From: Candidatus Helarchaeota archaeon
GTDB lineage: Archaea; Asgardarchaeota; Lokiarchaeia; Helarchaeales; RDOG01
DNA length: 64,000 bases
Direction: 5' to 3'
Assembly (NCBI GenBank): GCA_019058315.1
Contig: JAHPZH010000001.1
Coordinates: forward strand, 913,432-977,431
In this document: positions 18,653 to 27,951 of the stretch, one piece after another
Position numbering within the stretch: position 1 is the first letter of the stretch
How the letters are laid out: the number at the start of each line of letters is the position of its first letter
Translations under genes and position numbers: made by a program
The notes under the pieces: generated by a model
The model's database searches: none
The model's input: the letters and a program-made list of their open reading frames with translations, nothing else
Told to the model about the DNA's origin: nothing

Positions 18653-18928
18653 TTGCCTGAAGATCTGAATAAAGAAAAAGAACGTTTAATTAAAGCTAAA
18701 GAGAGTTTTATAAAAAAAATATTAGAAAATAAGACTGAAGCTCTATTAGCAAAAAAATATTACTCCGAAATTGAAGAATTAATTAAAACAAAGAAATGCA
18801 TCTCCATTGATGAGGTCTCAAAAAGGTTAAATCTGAATAACACTGATGTAAGGACTATTTTTGAAGAACTCATATTATATAATGTTGTTTCTGGGAAAAT
18901 AGAAAAAGATCAATTGATTTTAGATTAA
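18653..18928 (+). CDS. Small PCI-like winged-helix protein
   Basis: ISIDEVSKRLNL...VRTIFEELILYNVVSGKIEK matches the PCI wHTH consensus ISL..LA..L.L....VE..L..LI..G.I.GKID. Confidence 0.6.
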   Translation: MPEDLNKEKERLIKAKESFIKKILENKTEALLAKKYYSEIEELIKTKKCISIDEVSKRLNLNNTDVRTIFEELILYNVVSGKIEKDQLILD

Positions 18929-18945
18929 TTACTTGAGGAATTGAG

Positions 18946-20343
18946 TTGTCTAATCAGAAAAAAAAGGTAAAGAGTAAAATCGCTATAAAAACCCATCTTT
19001 TACCAGTTGAGGAACGAAAAACTAATTTTAAAGAAGTAAATTTAGGATATTTTGATGAAAAAGAAGTTATTAAGGAATGTGAACGATGTTTTCAATGTTA
19101 CAAAAAACAAGATCCAAATGTTAAACCTCCTCCATGTATGGAACAATGTCCAACCCATTGTAATTCTCGAGAAATCATTCAAAATATATTAGATGGTAAT
19201 GTTGATGAAGCACTTAAAATCATTTATGAACACTATGCATTTCCAAAATCGGTTGAAAGAATTTGTCCTGGATTCTGTCAAACAAAATGTACAGCAGGTA
19301 AAAAAGGGGATCCAATCCAAATTCCCCATTTGAAACGATATTTTGTTGATCATTATGGCTTACCTAATGATTATTTTAAATGTGAACCTGATACTGGAAA
19401 AAAAGTGGCAATTATAGGTTCTGGTCCCTTAGGTTTAACTGCTGCTTATTTTTTGCGTAAATTTGGTCATGGGGTTTCTGTTTTTGAAAAATTGGATGTA
19501 ATAGGCGGAATGTTAGCAGTAGGAATCCCCGAATTTAGATTACCCAAGGCTATTTTAAATGAAGAAATTGAAAATTTAAAAAAACTGGGAATTAAATTCG
19601 TCACAAATAAAAATTATAGTAAGGAATTTAATTATAAAACAATCTTCGAGTCTGGATTTGATGCGATTTTATTAGGAATTGGAACACATAAATCTAAATG
19701 GATGAAAATTCCTGGAGAAGAAAGTAAAGGAGTATTACATGCTATTGACTTTCTAAGAGATTTCAACCTTGAAAATGAAATACCAGATGTATCCGGTAAA
19801 AAGATTATAGTTGTGGGTGGAGGAAGTTCTGCAACGGATGCCGCAAGAGTTGCTAAAAGGCTTGGGGCAGATGTTAATATAGTATATCGAAGACAGAAGG
19901 AGCAGATGCCGGCTGGAGAGCAAGAAATAAGCGAGACTGAAGAAGAAGGTATTCCTATCTTATTCTTAACAAATCCGTCAGAATTTATTTGTTGTGATGA
20001 TGAAGTTGAGAGTATCAATTGCATAAAAATGGAATTAGGTGAATTAGACAAAAGTGGACGTCCTCGACCAATTCCAATCGAAGGCTCCGAATTCAATATA
20101 GATGCAGATATAATTATCGAGGCTATTAGTCAAGAACCAGACCTAACTGGATTTGATGATAAGAAGTTTGAAATTAGTCGATGGAATACTTTTGAAGTCG
20201 ATGAACATTATTCAACAACAATTCCGGGAGTTTTTGCAGGTGGAGACTGTGTAACGGGCCCAAAAACTGTAGTTGAAGCCGTTGCACAAGGAAAGGAAAT
20301 TGCAAATGAAATTCATAAATATTTAGGATTCGAAATTAGTTGA
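18946..20343 (+). CDS. NAD(P)H-dependent Fe-S flavoprotein, GltD/SudA/NfnB family
   Basis: ECERCFQC, CMEQCP, ERICPGFCQTKC; GSGPLG and GGGSSA dinucleotide motifs; GVFAGGD. Confidence 0.9.
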   Translation: MSNQKKKVKSKIAIKTHLLPVEERKTNFKEVNLGYFDEKEVIKECERCFQCYKKQDPNVKPPPCMEQCPTHCNSREIIQNILDGNVDEALKIIYEHYAFPKSVERICPGFCQTKCTAGKKGDPIQIPHLKRYFVDHYGLPNDYFKCEPDTGKKVAIIGSGPLGLTAAYFLRKFGHGVSVFEKLDVIGGMLAVGIPEFRLPKAILNEEIENLKKLGIKFVTNKNYSKEFNYKTIFESGFDAILLGIGTHKSKWMKIPGEESKGVLHAIDFLRDFNLENEIPDVSGKKIIVVGGGSSATDAARVAKRLGADVNIVYRRQKEQMPAGEQEISETEEEGIPILFLTNPSEFICCDDEVESINCIKMELGELDKSGRPRPIPIEGSEFNIDADIIIEAISQEPDLTGFDDKKFEISRWNTFEVDEHYSTTIPGVFAGGDCVTGPKTVVEAVAQGKEIANEIHKYLGFEIS

Positions 20344-20596
20344 TTAAATTAATCAATTTACGTTTAATTATTCCAAAATAAATTAACATGGCTCCAACAA
20401 GCAAAATTCAATAAAAAATGCAGCCATTATCATTAAAATAATTCGTCTCGTTGTTACTCCATCCATTTCAAAAACCAACTTGAATAGAATATTTAATGAA
20501 ATTGTCTCATGACTATACTATAAATTTTTAATTAATTTTCAAAATGTATTAGTAACTAAGGTCCTTTAGTTAGAATAAAAAAAGTAGTGATTTAAA

Positions 20597-21049
20597 TTGA
20601 TTATAAACGTAGATATTGAGAAATGTAACGGTTGTAAACTTTGTGAAATAGTTTGCAGCCTTAAACATGAAGGTGTGCCGTATCCAGCACGATCTAGAAT
20701 AGAGATTATAGAAGCTAAGGATTTCGTATGGGTTCCAGTCTTTTGTTTTCAATGTGAGGATGCTAGCTGTATGAAAGTATGCCCCGTAAATGCTCTAACC
20801 CGAGATAGTAAAGAGGATCTTATAATTATGGATAAAGAAACTTGTATCAATTGTAAAGCTTGTGCTTTTGCATGTCCTTTTGGTTCAATCGGAATTGATT
20901 CCGAAGGAAAGACTTTTAAATGCGATTTATGCGATAATGACCCATTATGTGTTAAAATTTGTCCGGTGCAAGCATTGACATATGTTCATCCTGAAACAGT
21001 TACTTATCAGAAAAAACTTGCAATAGCTGAGAAATTACTAACTCCTTAA
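20597..21049 (+). CDS. 4Fe-4S dicluster protein (DmsB/AOR small subunit-like)
   Basis: CNGCKLCEIVC, CFQC...CMKVCP, CINCKACAFACP, KCDLC...CVKICP. Confidence 0.9.
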   Translation: MIINVDIEKCNGCKLCEIVCSLKHEGVPYPARSRIEIIEAKDFVWVPVFCFQCEDASCMKVCPVNALTRDSKEDLIIMDKETCINCKACAFACPFGSIGIDSEGKTFKCDLCDNDPLCVKICPVQALTYVHPETVTYQKKLAIAEKLLTP

Positions 21050-21063
21050 AAGGAAGAAATTTT

Positions 21064-21657
21064 GTGGAATACAAACTTCTCGTTTTTGACCCTGAAAAAT
21101 GTATTGGCTGTGGAAATTGTTTAACTGTATGTCCAACCAATGCTCTAATTTATGAACCTACATCTTATGGTCATGGTTCTACTTTAAAAAATACTTTAAA
21201 AGTGGTTAATGGTAAGGTAAGTGGCGAAAATATCTGTCATCAATGTATAGGGAATGATAAACTGGGAAATGCACCTTGTATTGCAGCATGTCCAGAGAAA
21301 ATTCTGAAAAAAAGTGATGAAGGTATTACACTTTTAGGTTATGATTTAACCGAAGAAGACATCGAAAAATATCAAAAGATTCTAGAAATTTGTAAAAAAT
21401 GTAAAGATACTCCATGCATTGAAGCTTGTCCTTATAACCACATAACTATTGTACCAATTTTTATTAAATCGGAGAAATTTGCTGTACCTGTAAAGTGTGA
21501 TCAATGTAAGGGAGATCCAGAATGTGTGAAAGTTTGTCCCACAAATGCTTTAAGATATATAAGTATAAAAGAGAAGTTTTTTGATAAATTAAAGCTGGCA
21601 GAAGAACTTGCTAAAAGTACGGGTCTGCCAGTCAAACTATTAAAAGTTTTTAAGTAA
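21064..21657 (+). CDS. 4Fe-4S polyferredoxin-like protein
   Basis: CIGCGNCLTVCP plus three further Cys clusters. Confidence 0.85.
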   Translation: MEYKLLVFDPEKCIGCGNCLTVCPTNALIYEPTSYGHGSTLKNTLKVVNGKVSGENICHQCIGNDKLGNAPCIAACPEKILKKSDEGITLLGYDLTEEDIEKYQKILEICKKCKDTPCIEACPYNHITIVPIFIKSEKFAVPVKCDQCKGDPECVKVCPTNALRYISIKEKFFDKLKLAEELAKSTGLPVKLLKVFK

Positions 21658-21687
21658 AATATAGACTTATGATAGGAGATATGTATT

Positions 21688-23550
21688 ATGAATGGGTATT
21701 TAGGAAAAATACTTCGAATAGACCTAACAAATCAAAAAATAAAAGAAGAAAAAATTAATCCTAAAGATGCAGAGATGTTCATGGGAGGTCAAGGTCTTGC
21801 TAGTAAAATCCTTTACGATGAACTGCCAGCAGATGTTAAAGGGCTAGATCCTGAAAATAAATTGGTGTTTATGACAGGACCATTAACTGGTATTGTATCA
21901 TCAAAATTTGAAGCAGTAACAAAAAGTCCTTTATCAAAATTTCTTGGTGATGCAAATTCAGGTGGCTTTTGGGGACCTGAATTGAGATTTGCTGGATATG
22001 ATGGGCTGATTCTTGAAGGAGCCGTTCCAGAACCTAAAAAGAAAAATTCAGTATACATTACTATATTTGATAATGATGTCGAAATAAGAAATGCAAAACA
22101 AGCCAAGATCTGGGGAAAATCCATAGAAAAAACTGTTACACAAATAAAAAAGATTCATAATGATCCGAAAATTAAAATAGCAGCAATTGGACCAGCTGGA
22201 GAAAATTTAGTAAGATATGCTAATATAATGACAGATTATCGTGCATTAGGTCGTTGTGGTATGGGTGCTGTCATGGGTTCTAAAGGTGTTAAAGCGATTG
22301 CAATTCGTGGTATAAATAAAAATGCAATCCCTGTAGCAGATCCAGATAAAGTAATTAATATAATTACTACCCTAAATGAAAATGTGATGGCAGATGTATC
22401 CACAATGGGCTTTTCAATGGCAGGAACTCCTGTAAATGTCATAGTTTCTCACTCAATGGGTGATTTACCTGTAAAATATTGGAGAAAAGGTGTTTTTAAT
22501 ATTAAAAAAATTGATGGACAAGCAATATTGGACATAAATATCAAAGCTCCAACTTGTTATGCTTGTCCGATACATTGCCACCGCTATATTAAACTTGATT
22601 CTATGAACTATGTCGGTAAAGGTCCAGAATATGAAACAATAGGTGCTTTTGGTTCATTACTAATGATTGATGAACTTGAACCAATTGTTGAGGCAAATAA
22701 ACTATGTAATGATCTAGGTATGGATACCATTTCCTGCGGAAGTTCTATTGGCTTTGCAATGGAAGCGTTTGAAAGAGGAATAATTACTGAAGAAGAAATA
22801 GGCATGGATCTTACCTGGGGAAATGCCGAATCAATGATAAAATTGGTCAACATGATTGCAAAAAGAGACGGATTTGGAGATGTTTTAGCTGAGGGTGTCA
22901 TGAGGGCTGGTGAAAAAATTGGCAAAGGGGCGGCAGATTTTGCCCAACATGTCAAAGGAATGGAAACCCCTATGCATGATCCAAGGGCCCTGCAAGGTTT
23001 GGGTTTACATTATGCCACTGAACCTAGCGGAGCTCGCCATTCTAATGCACATAATTTAATAACTTATGAATTACCTAATATTGCCAGTCCACAATTAGGA
23101 ATTAAGAAAATTATCAAACGTGATGTCGCAGAAGGTAAAGCCGAAATTGTCAAAAAAGTGCAAGACTATTCAGTTGTTGTTGCTTCTTATGTAGTATGCG
23201 GATTTGCAAGCGTAGGTAAAAGTATTATTACCCATCTAGATGCTTATAACGCAATTGTAGGCAAGGAATATACAATCGATGATATATTAACGATTGGTGA
23301 ACGAATATCGAACATAAGAAGAGCATTAAATATTAAATTGGGCGCAACAGCTTCTGATGACACTTTACCAAAACGTTTAACTGCTGAACCTGTAGATGAA
23401 GGAGGATCAAAAGGTATAGTAAGTAAACTAGATGTAATGTTGCCAAAATATTATGAAATCCGCGATTGGGACCCCGAATCAGGAAAACCCAGTAAAGCTA
23501 AACTAGAATCATTAGGCTTAAAGAAAATCGCTAAAGATCTGTGGGGATAA
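21688..23550 (+). CDS. aor: Aldehyde:ferredoxin oxidoreductase family (tungstopterin) enzyme
   Basis: GKILRIDL, KSPLS, IGPAGENLV, GRCGMGAVMGSK, CYACPIHC, GPEYET, DLGMDTIS, HDPR. Confidence 0.93.
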   Translation: MNGYLGKILRIDLTNQKIKEEKINPKDAEMFMGGQGLASKILYDELPADVKGLDPENKLVFMTGPLTGIVSSKFEAVTKSPLSKFLGDANSGGFWGPELRFAGYDGLILEGAVPEPKKKNSVYITIFDNDVEIRNAKQAKIWGKSIEKTVTQIKKIHNDPKIKIAAIGPAGENLVRYANIMTDYRALGRCGMGAVMGSKGVKAIAIRGINKNAIPVADPDKVINIITTLNENVMADVSTMGFSMAGTPVNVIVSHSMGDLPVKYWRKGVFNIKKIDGQAILDINIKAPTCYACPIHCHRYIKLDSMNYVGKGPEYETIGAFGSLLMIDELEPIVEANKLCNDLGMDTISCGSSIGFAMEAFERGIITEEEIGMDLTWGNAESMIKLVNMIAKRDGFGDVLAEGVMRAGEKIGKGAADFAQHVKGMETPMHDPRALQGLGLHYATEPSGARHSNAHNLITYELPNIASPQLGIKKIIKRDVAEGKAEIVKKVQDYSVVVASYVVCGFASVGKSIITHLDAYNAIVGKEYTIDDILTIGERISNIRRALNIKLGATASDDTLPKRLTAEPVDEGGSKGIVSKLDVMLPKYYEIRDWDPESGKPSKAKLESLGLKKIAKDLWG

Positions 23551-23593
23551 ACCATCGAATAAATAATTTTTTCTTTTATTTGTTTTTTTTTTA

Positions 23594-25276
23594 TTATTCA
23601 GTAATCTGTTCGCGAACTTTAAATACCAAAAAAAAGCAGAAGAGTGACACTCCACCGTAGAATGATACCATAATTAAAATATTTATGAGAGGTGCGTTGG
23701 TAGCAATTCCATAAATAAAAGTACAACATAATGCCACAGTGAAACATAAAATATAAAGATAATATGGTTCCGCGTGATTTTCTTCTCTTTTCTTTTGCTT
23801 GGTATAAATTTCGGTGACTACAATTTCTTCTAATTCTCTTCCTTTGCTCTCAGGAGCTAATAGATAGGCAGTAAACATTACTGTACATAATGGAAAAATC
23901 ATCAATAAGAACATAAACTGGTATGAGAGGCCTAAACCTCCCAACTTTTCTGCACCAAACATCATTAAGAAAGGAGCCAAGACGGTTGCCCCTCGTGAAA
24001 TAGTGCCAGTCCAACCAGCCGCAGTGCTCCTGATATGAGTCGGTGTCATTTCAACACCTATAATCACACCTGCTGTTAATAATAAGGTTGCTCCTATACC
24101 ACCTAATATTCCACCAATAATAACAAGAATTATTACAAATGGATTAAACAAATCACCACAAACAAAAACTGTAGGCCAAGAAAAAATTACAGTCCCAAGT
24201 AATGTTATACATCCAGAGCGATGAATAGTTGGTATGCGACCCCATCGGTCAGTAACGGAACCTGCTATGAAACAACCTATTCCACCCGCGAGTATTAACG
24301 GCATAGCTGCGATACCAATTAATTCTGAAGACATATTTAATTCCTTTGCAAAATAGAGTGCAAAAAATGTCAATTGAGCAAAGCTCATCAATGTCCCTAA
24401 AAAGCCAACAATGCATCCTAGAACCATTACACGTCTAAAATCTTTTTTCCAAGGCGTAAACCATCCGGTCTTAGGTTTCAACCCCCTGTTTTTTCGCCAA
24501 TTCTCATACTTTTTCATAGCTTCAAATCGCTTGGTTTCTTTTAAAAAGAAAAATAATGGAATGATAAAGATATATCCAACACTAGTTAAGAAGAACATGC
24601 TCTGCCAAGTCGTTAAAATTGTTGATGAAATTTGAACTTGAATTCCAGTAGCTTGAATTATTCCACAAGCAACCCCTCCAATTGAGCCTATTGCTAGAAG
24701 CATTCCAATTAATCTACCTCTTATATCATTAGGTGATTCTTCCGCTATAATAAGTATAACAATATCTGCAGAAAGAAAATAATTTGCCAGAATTCGAAAT
24801 ATTAGAAATATTCTTAATCCATCAATTCCAAGTGGGGAAAATGAAATAAAAACTGAAAAGGTAATAAAGGCAAGTGAAGTCACAATAGTTAAAGGACGGC
24901 GACCATATTTATCAACTAAATATTTAAAAGAGACTGAAGCCATTACACCAATTCCTGCAATACTAAGGACAATTCCCATTGTGACAGGACTACCTGCAAT
25001 GCCAAAATAAGTAAAAAAATCAGGATTTGTCAGTTTTAGTAAATCCAAATTAATGCCTCCACTAAAACCCGACATTGCTAGAGTAATTGCAATTGTGCAC
25101 CACTCATCAAAAAAATTAACAATTCCAGTAAAAATGAGGACGAACCATAAATATCTATTCATTTTAGTCGGAAGACCCACTTCAGCTCTCCTTTTTTCCC
25201 TAATCTTACGGCGCTCTTCTTTTGGCAAATCTTTAAAAGCCTTAAGGCTTTCTTTTTTTTCTTTTTCCTTAATCAA
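23594..25276 (-). CDS. MFS transporter (paralogue A)
   Basis: DKYGRRP and DRWGRIP motif A, PESKGRELE; TTG 9 nt after GGAG (ORF track starts 6 nt earlier). Confidence 0.88.
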   Translation of the reverse strand: MIKEKEKKESLKAFKDLPKEERRKIREKRRAEVGLPTKMNRYLWFVLIFTGIVNFFDEWCTIAITLAMSGFSGGINLDLLKLTNPDFFTYFGIAGSPVTMGIVLSIAGIGVMASVSFKYLVDKYGRRPLTIVTSLAFITFSVFISFSPLGIDGLRIFLIFRILANYFLSADIVILIIAEESPNDIRGRLIGMLLAIGSIGGVACGIIQATGIQVQISSTILTTWQSMFFLTSVGYIFIIPLFFFLKETKRFEAMKKYENWRKNRGLKPKTGWFTPWKKDFRRVMVLGCIVGFLGTLMSFAQLTFFALYFAKELNMSSELIGIAAMPLILAGGIGCFIAGSVTDRWGRIPTIHRSGCITLLGTVIFSWPTVFVCGDLFNPFVIILVIIGGILGGIGATLLLTAGVIIGVEMTPTHIRSTAAGWTGTISRGATVLAPFLMMFGAEKLGGLGLSYQFMFLLMIFPLCTVMFTAYLLAPESKGRELEEIVVTEIYTKQKKREENHAEPYYLYILCFTVALCCTFIYGIATNAPLINILIMVSFYGGVSLFCFFLVFKVREQITE

Positions 25277-25325
25277 TATCAAAATCTCCTTGTTAAAAAT
25301 ATTTAATGTTAAACATTTTTTGTTC

Positions 25326-27014
25326 TCACTCTGTAATCATTTCACGAACACGAATCACCAATATAAAACAAATCATGGAAACTCCGCCATAAAATCCAAT
25401 AATAATTAATATATTAAGAATAGGACTATCTGTGGTTAAACCATAGATTATTGTGCAGCCTAAAGCTATAGCAAAACTTAAAAGATAAAAGTAATACGGT
25501 TCTTTATGTTTCTTTTCGCGTAATTTCTTTTGTTTACCATAAATTTCAGTAACAATGATTTCTTCTAGCTCTCTCCCTTTTGACTCAGGGGCTAAAAGGT
25601 AGGCAGTAAACATTACTGTACACAATGGAAATATCATTAAAATAAACATGAACTGATATGTAAGCCCTAAACCTCCTAATTTTTCTGCACCAAACATCAT
25701 AAGAAAGGGTGCTACGACAGTTGCTCCCCTTGAAATTGTACCTGTCCAACCTCCAGCAGTGCTTCTAATATGAGTAGGTGTTATTTCTATGCCTATAACT
25801 ACACCCGCAGTTGTTAAAAGGGTTCCACCTAAAATCCCTAACATCCCACCAATAATAACTAGACTAATAATAAATGGATTTAGTAGATCTCCACAAACAA
25901 ACACGGTGGGCCAAGAAAAAAGAACGAGTCCAATTAAGGTTATTATTCCCGATCTATGTATAGTTGGAATCCTACCCCAACGGTCAAGTATAGGTCCTGC
26001 AATAAAACAACCCGTTCCCGTTGCAAGTAAAAGAGGTATGGATGAAATTCCAATTAACTCTGAAGACATATTCAGGTCTTTTGCGAAGTAAAGTGCAAAA
26101 AATGTTATTTGAGCAAAGCCAATGAGCGTACCTAAAAATCCAATAATACACCCTAAAATCATTACGCGACGAAAATCTTTTTTCCAAGGTGTAAACCATC
26201 CAGTTTTGGGCTTTAAACCTTTCTTTTTTCTCCAATCTTCATATTTTTTCATTGCGTCAAACCGCTTCGTCTCTTTCAAAAAGAAAAATAATGGAATGAT
26301 AAAAAAATATCCTATACTAGTTAAGAAAAATATACTTTGCCAAGTAGTTAGGATCATTCCATTGAAAAGTTCAACTCTTATTCCAGATGCTTGAATAATC
26401 CCACATGCAATCCCCCCAATTGCACCTATAGCAAGAACCGCACTTATGAGGTTTCCTCTTAAATCATTAGGAGCTTCCTCTGCCATTATAAGTACTACAA
26501 TATCCGCAGAGAGAAAATAATTTGCACAAATTCGTAAAATTAGAAAAACTATTAAGCCATTAGATCTAGGGGGTGAAAATGATATTAAAACTGAGAATGA
26601 AATAAAGGCAATAGAAGTCCAGATGGTTAATGGCCGACGACCATATTTGTCAACTAAATATTTAAATGAAACTGAAGCCATAACACCAATGCCTGCAATA
26701 CTAAGAACTATTCCCATTGTAATTGGATTACCCGCAATGTCGAAATATGTAAAAAAATCTGGATTCGTAAATTTATTCCAATTAAATTGAATCCCACCAC
26801 CAAAACCTCCCATGGCTAATGTAATTGCAATTGAACACCAACCATCAAAAAAATTAACAATTCCAGCAAAAATGAGGACGAACCAGAGGTATTTGTTCAT
26901 CTTAGTTGGAACCCCCATTTCTGCTCTCCGCTTCTCCCTTAATTTACGGCGTTCTTCTTTTGATAATTTTTTTGAAGATTTGATAGTTTTTATTTTTTCT
27001 TTTTCTTCTGTCAG
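25326..27014 (-). CDS. MFS transporter (paralogue B); start proposed at CTG 27014
   Basis: Colinear with paralogue A, including the N-terminal KEERRKLREKRRAE segment upstream of the ORF-track Met at 26918. Confidence 0.85.
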   Translation of the reverse strand: MTEEKEKIKTIKSSKKLSKEERRKLREKRRAEMGVPTKMNKYLWFVLIFAGIVNFFDGWCSIAITLAMGGFGGGIQFNWNKFTNPDFFTYFDIAGNPITMGIVLSIAGIGVMASVSFKYLVDKYGRRPLTIWTSIAFISFSVLISFSPPRSNGLIVFLILRICANYFLSADIVVLIMAEEAPNDLRGNLISAVLAIGAIGGIACGIIQASGIRVELFNGMILTTWQSIFFLTSIGYFFIIPLFFFLKETKRFDAMKKYEDWRKKKGLKPKTGWFTPWKKDFRRVMILGCIIGFLGTLIGFAQITFFALYFAKDLNMSSELIGISSIPLLLATGTGCFIAGPILDRWGRIPTIHRSGIITLIGLVLFSWPTVFVCGDLLNPFIISLVIIGGMLGILGGTLLTTAGVVIGIEITPTHIRSTAGGWTGTISRGATVVAPFLMMFGAEKLGGLGLTYQFMFILMIFPLCTVMFTAYLLAPESKGRELEEIIVTEIYGKQKKLREKKHKEPYYFYLLSFAIALGCTIIYGLTTDSPILNILIIIGFYGGVSMICFILVIRVREMITE

Positions 27015-27084
27015 AATCCAAATCTCCTTATTGAAAATTTTTAATAATAAAATTACTTTTCTAGGTATATTATAAAATTATAGC

Positions 27085-27822
27085 TTGGTGGTTTTAATCA
27101 CATCAAAAATCAAATGTATAGGTTTTGACTTATATTCAACTCTAATTAATACTGATGACCATAATTGGGATGAAATGATAAAAGTTGTTTTTCCTATCAT
27201 TCAAAATCTTGGGTATAAAGATACATTCGATAGTTTTTTAAAAATACAGAATGAAATATATTGGAAATGGAGAGATTATAGAGAAAAAAATTATGTTGAA
27301 GTAGACAATAGGATTTGGTGGAGAGAAACTCTCGAAGCATTAGATGTTAAGTTTAATGATGATGATATTTCCAAAATCATCATAGTAAGCCATAACAAAT
27401 GGAGAACTCAGATAAAATTATACCCCAAAGTAAAAGAATTGCTATCAGATTTAAAAAAAAGTTATAAACTCGCCTTAATTTCCAATATTTCAACAGGAGA
27501 CCTGTCCAGGGGGGATATGGAAATATTTGGGATATTGGATCTATTTGATATTGTAGTTATGTCTTCAGATTTAGAAATAAGAAAACCATCTCCTAAAATC
27601 TTTGAATATGTGTTAGAAAAATTAAATATTAAAAAAGATGAAATGATTTTTATTGGGGACACTTTGTATGATGATATACAAGGTGCTAAAAATGCAGGTT
27701 TACTTATGGCAATTCATATAAAAAGAAATAGGTCATATTACTTTCCTGATTATTATATTAAACCTGACAAGACAGTTAATAACTTGCAAGAAATTTATAA
27801 GATATTGGATTTAGTAAAATAA
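27085..27822 (+). CDS. HAD-superfamily hydrolase
   Basis: FDLYSTL, LISN, RKPSPKIF, IGDTLYDDIQGA. Confidence 0.9.
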   Translation: MVVLITSKIKCIGFDLYSTLINTDDHNWDEMIKVVFPIIQNLGYKDTFDSFLKIQNEIYWKWRDYREKNYVEVDNRIWWRETLEALDVKFNDDDISKIIIVSHNKWRTQIKLYPKVKELLSDLKKSYKLALISNISTGDLSRGDMEIFGILDLFDIVVMSSDLEIRKPSPKIFEYVLEKLNIKKDEMIFIGDTLYDDIQGAKNAGLLMAIHIKRNRSYYFPDYYIKPDKTVNNLQEIYKILDLVK

Positions 27823-27951
27823 GTATGAAAAAAAACAGAATTATTTAAGAAATCTGTTGTTGTTAGAAGAATAAAGAAGTTTTTGGCTCTTACTTGATTG
27901 AAAATTTGGAATTGTAATACATGAAACGGATTTTGTTTGATAAGCTTAGCT

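Noticed and set aside
15528-20349. TGA stops of redox genes (15528-15530, 20341-20343) as selenocysteine codons
   Set aside because: Both are at natural C-termini and followed within 2-3 codons by TAA; no Cys-equivalent position
19632-26394. Antisense/overlapping ORFs within the gltD-like, aor and MFS genes
   Set aside because: Fully embedded in well-supported genes; translations lack protein-like motifs
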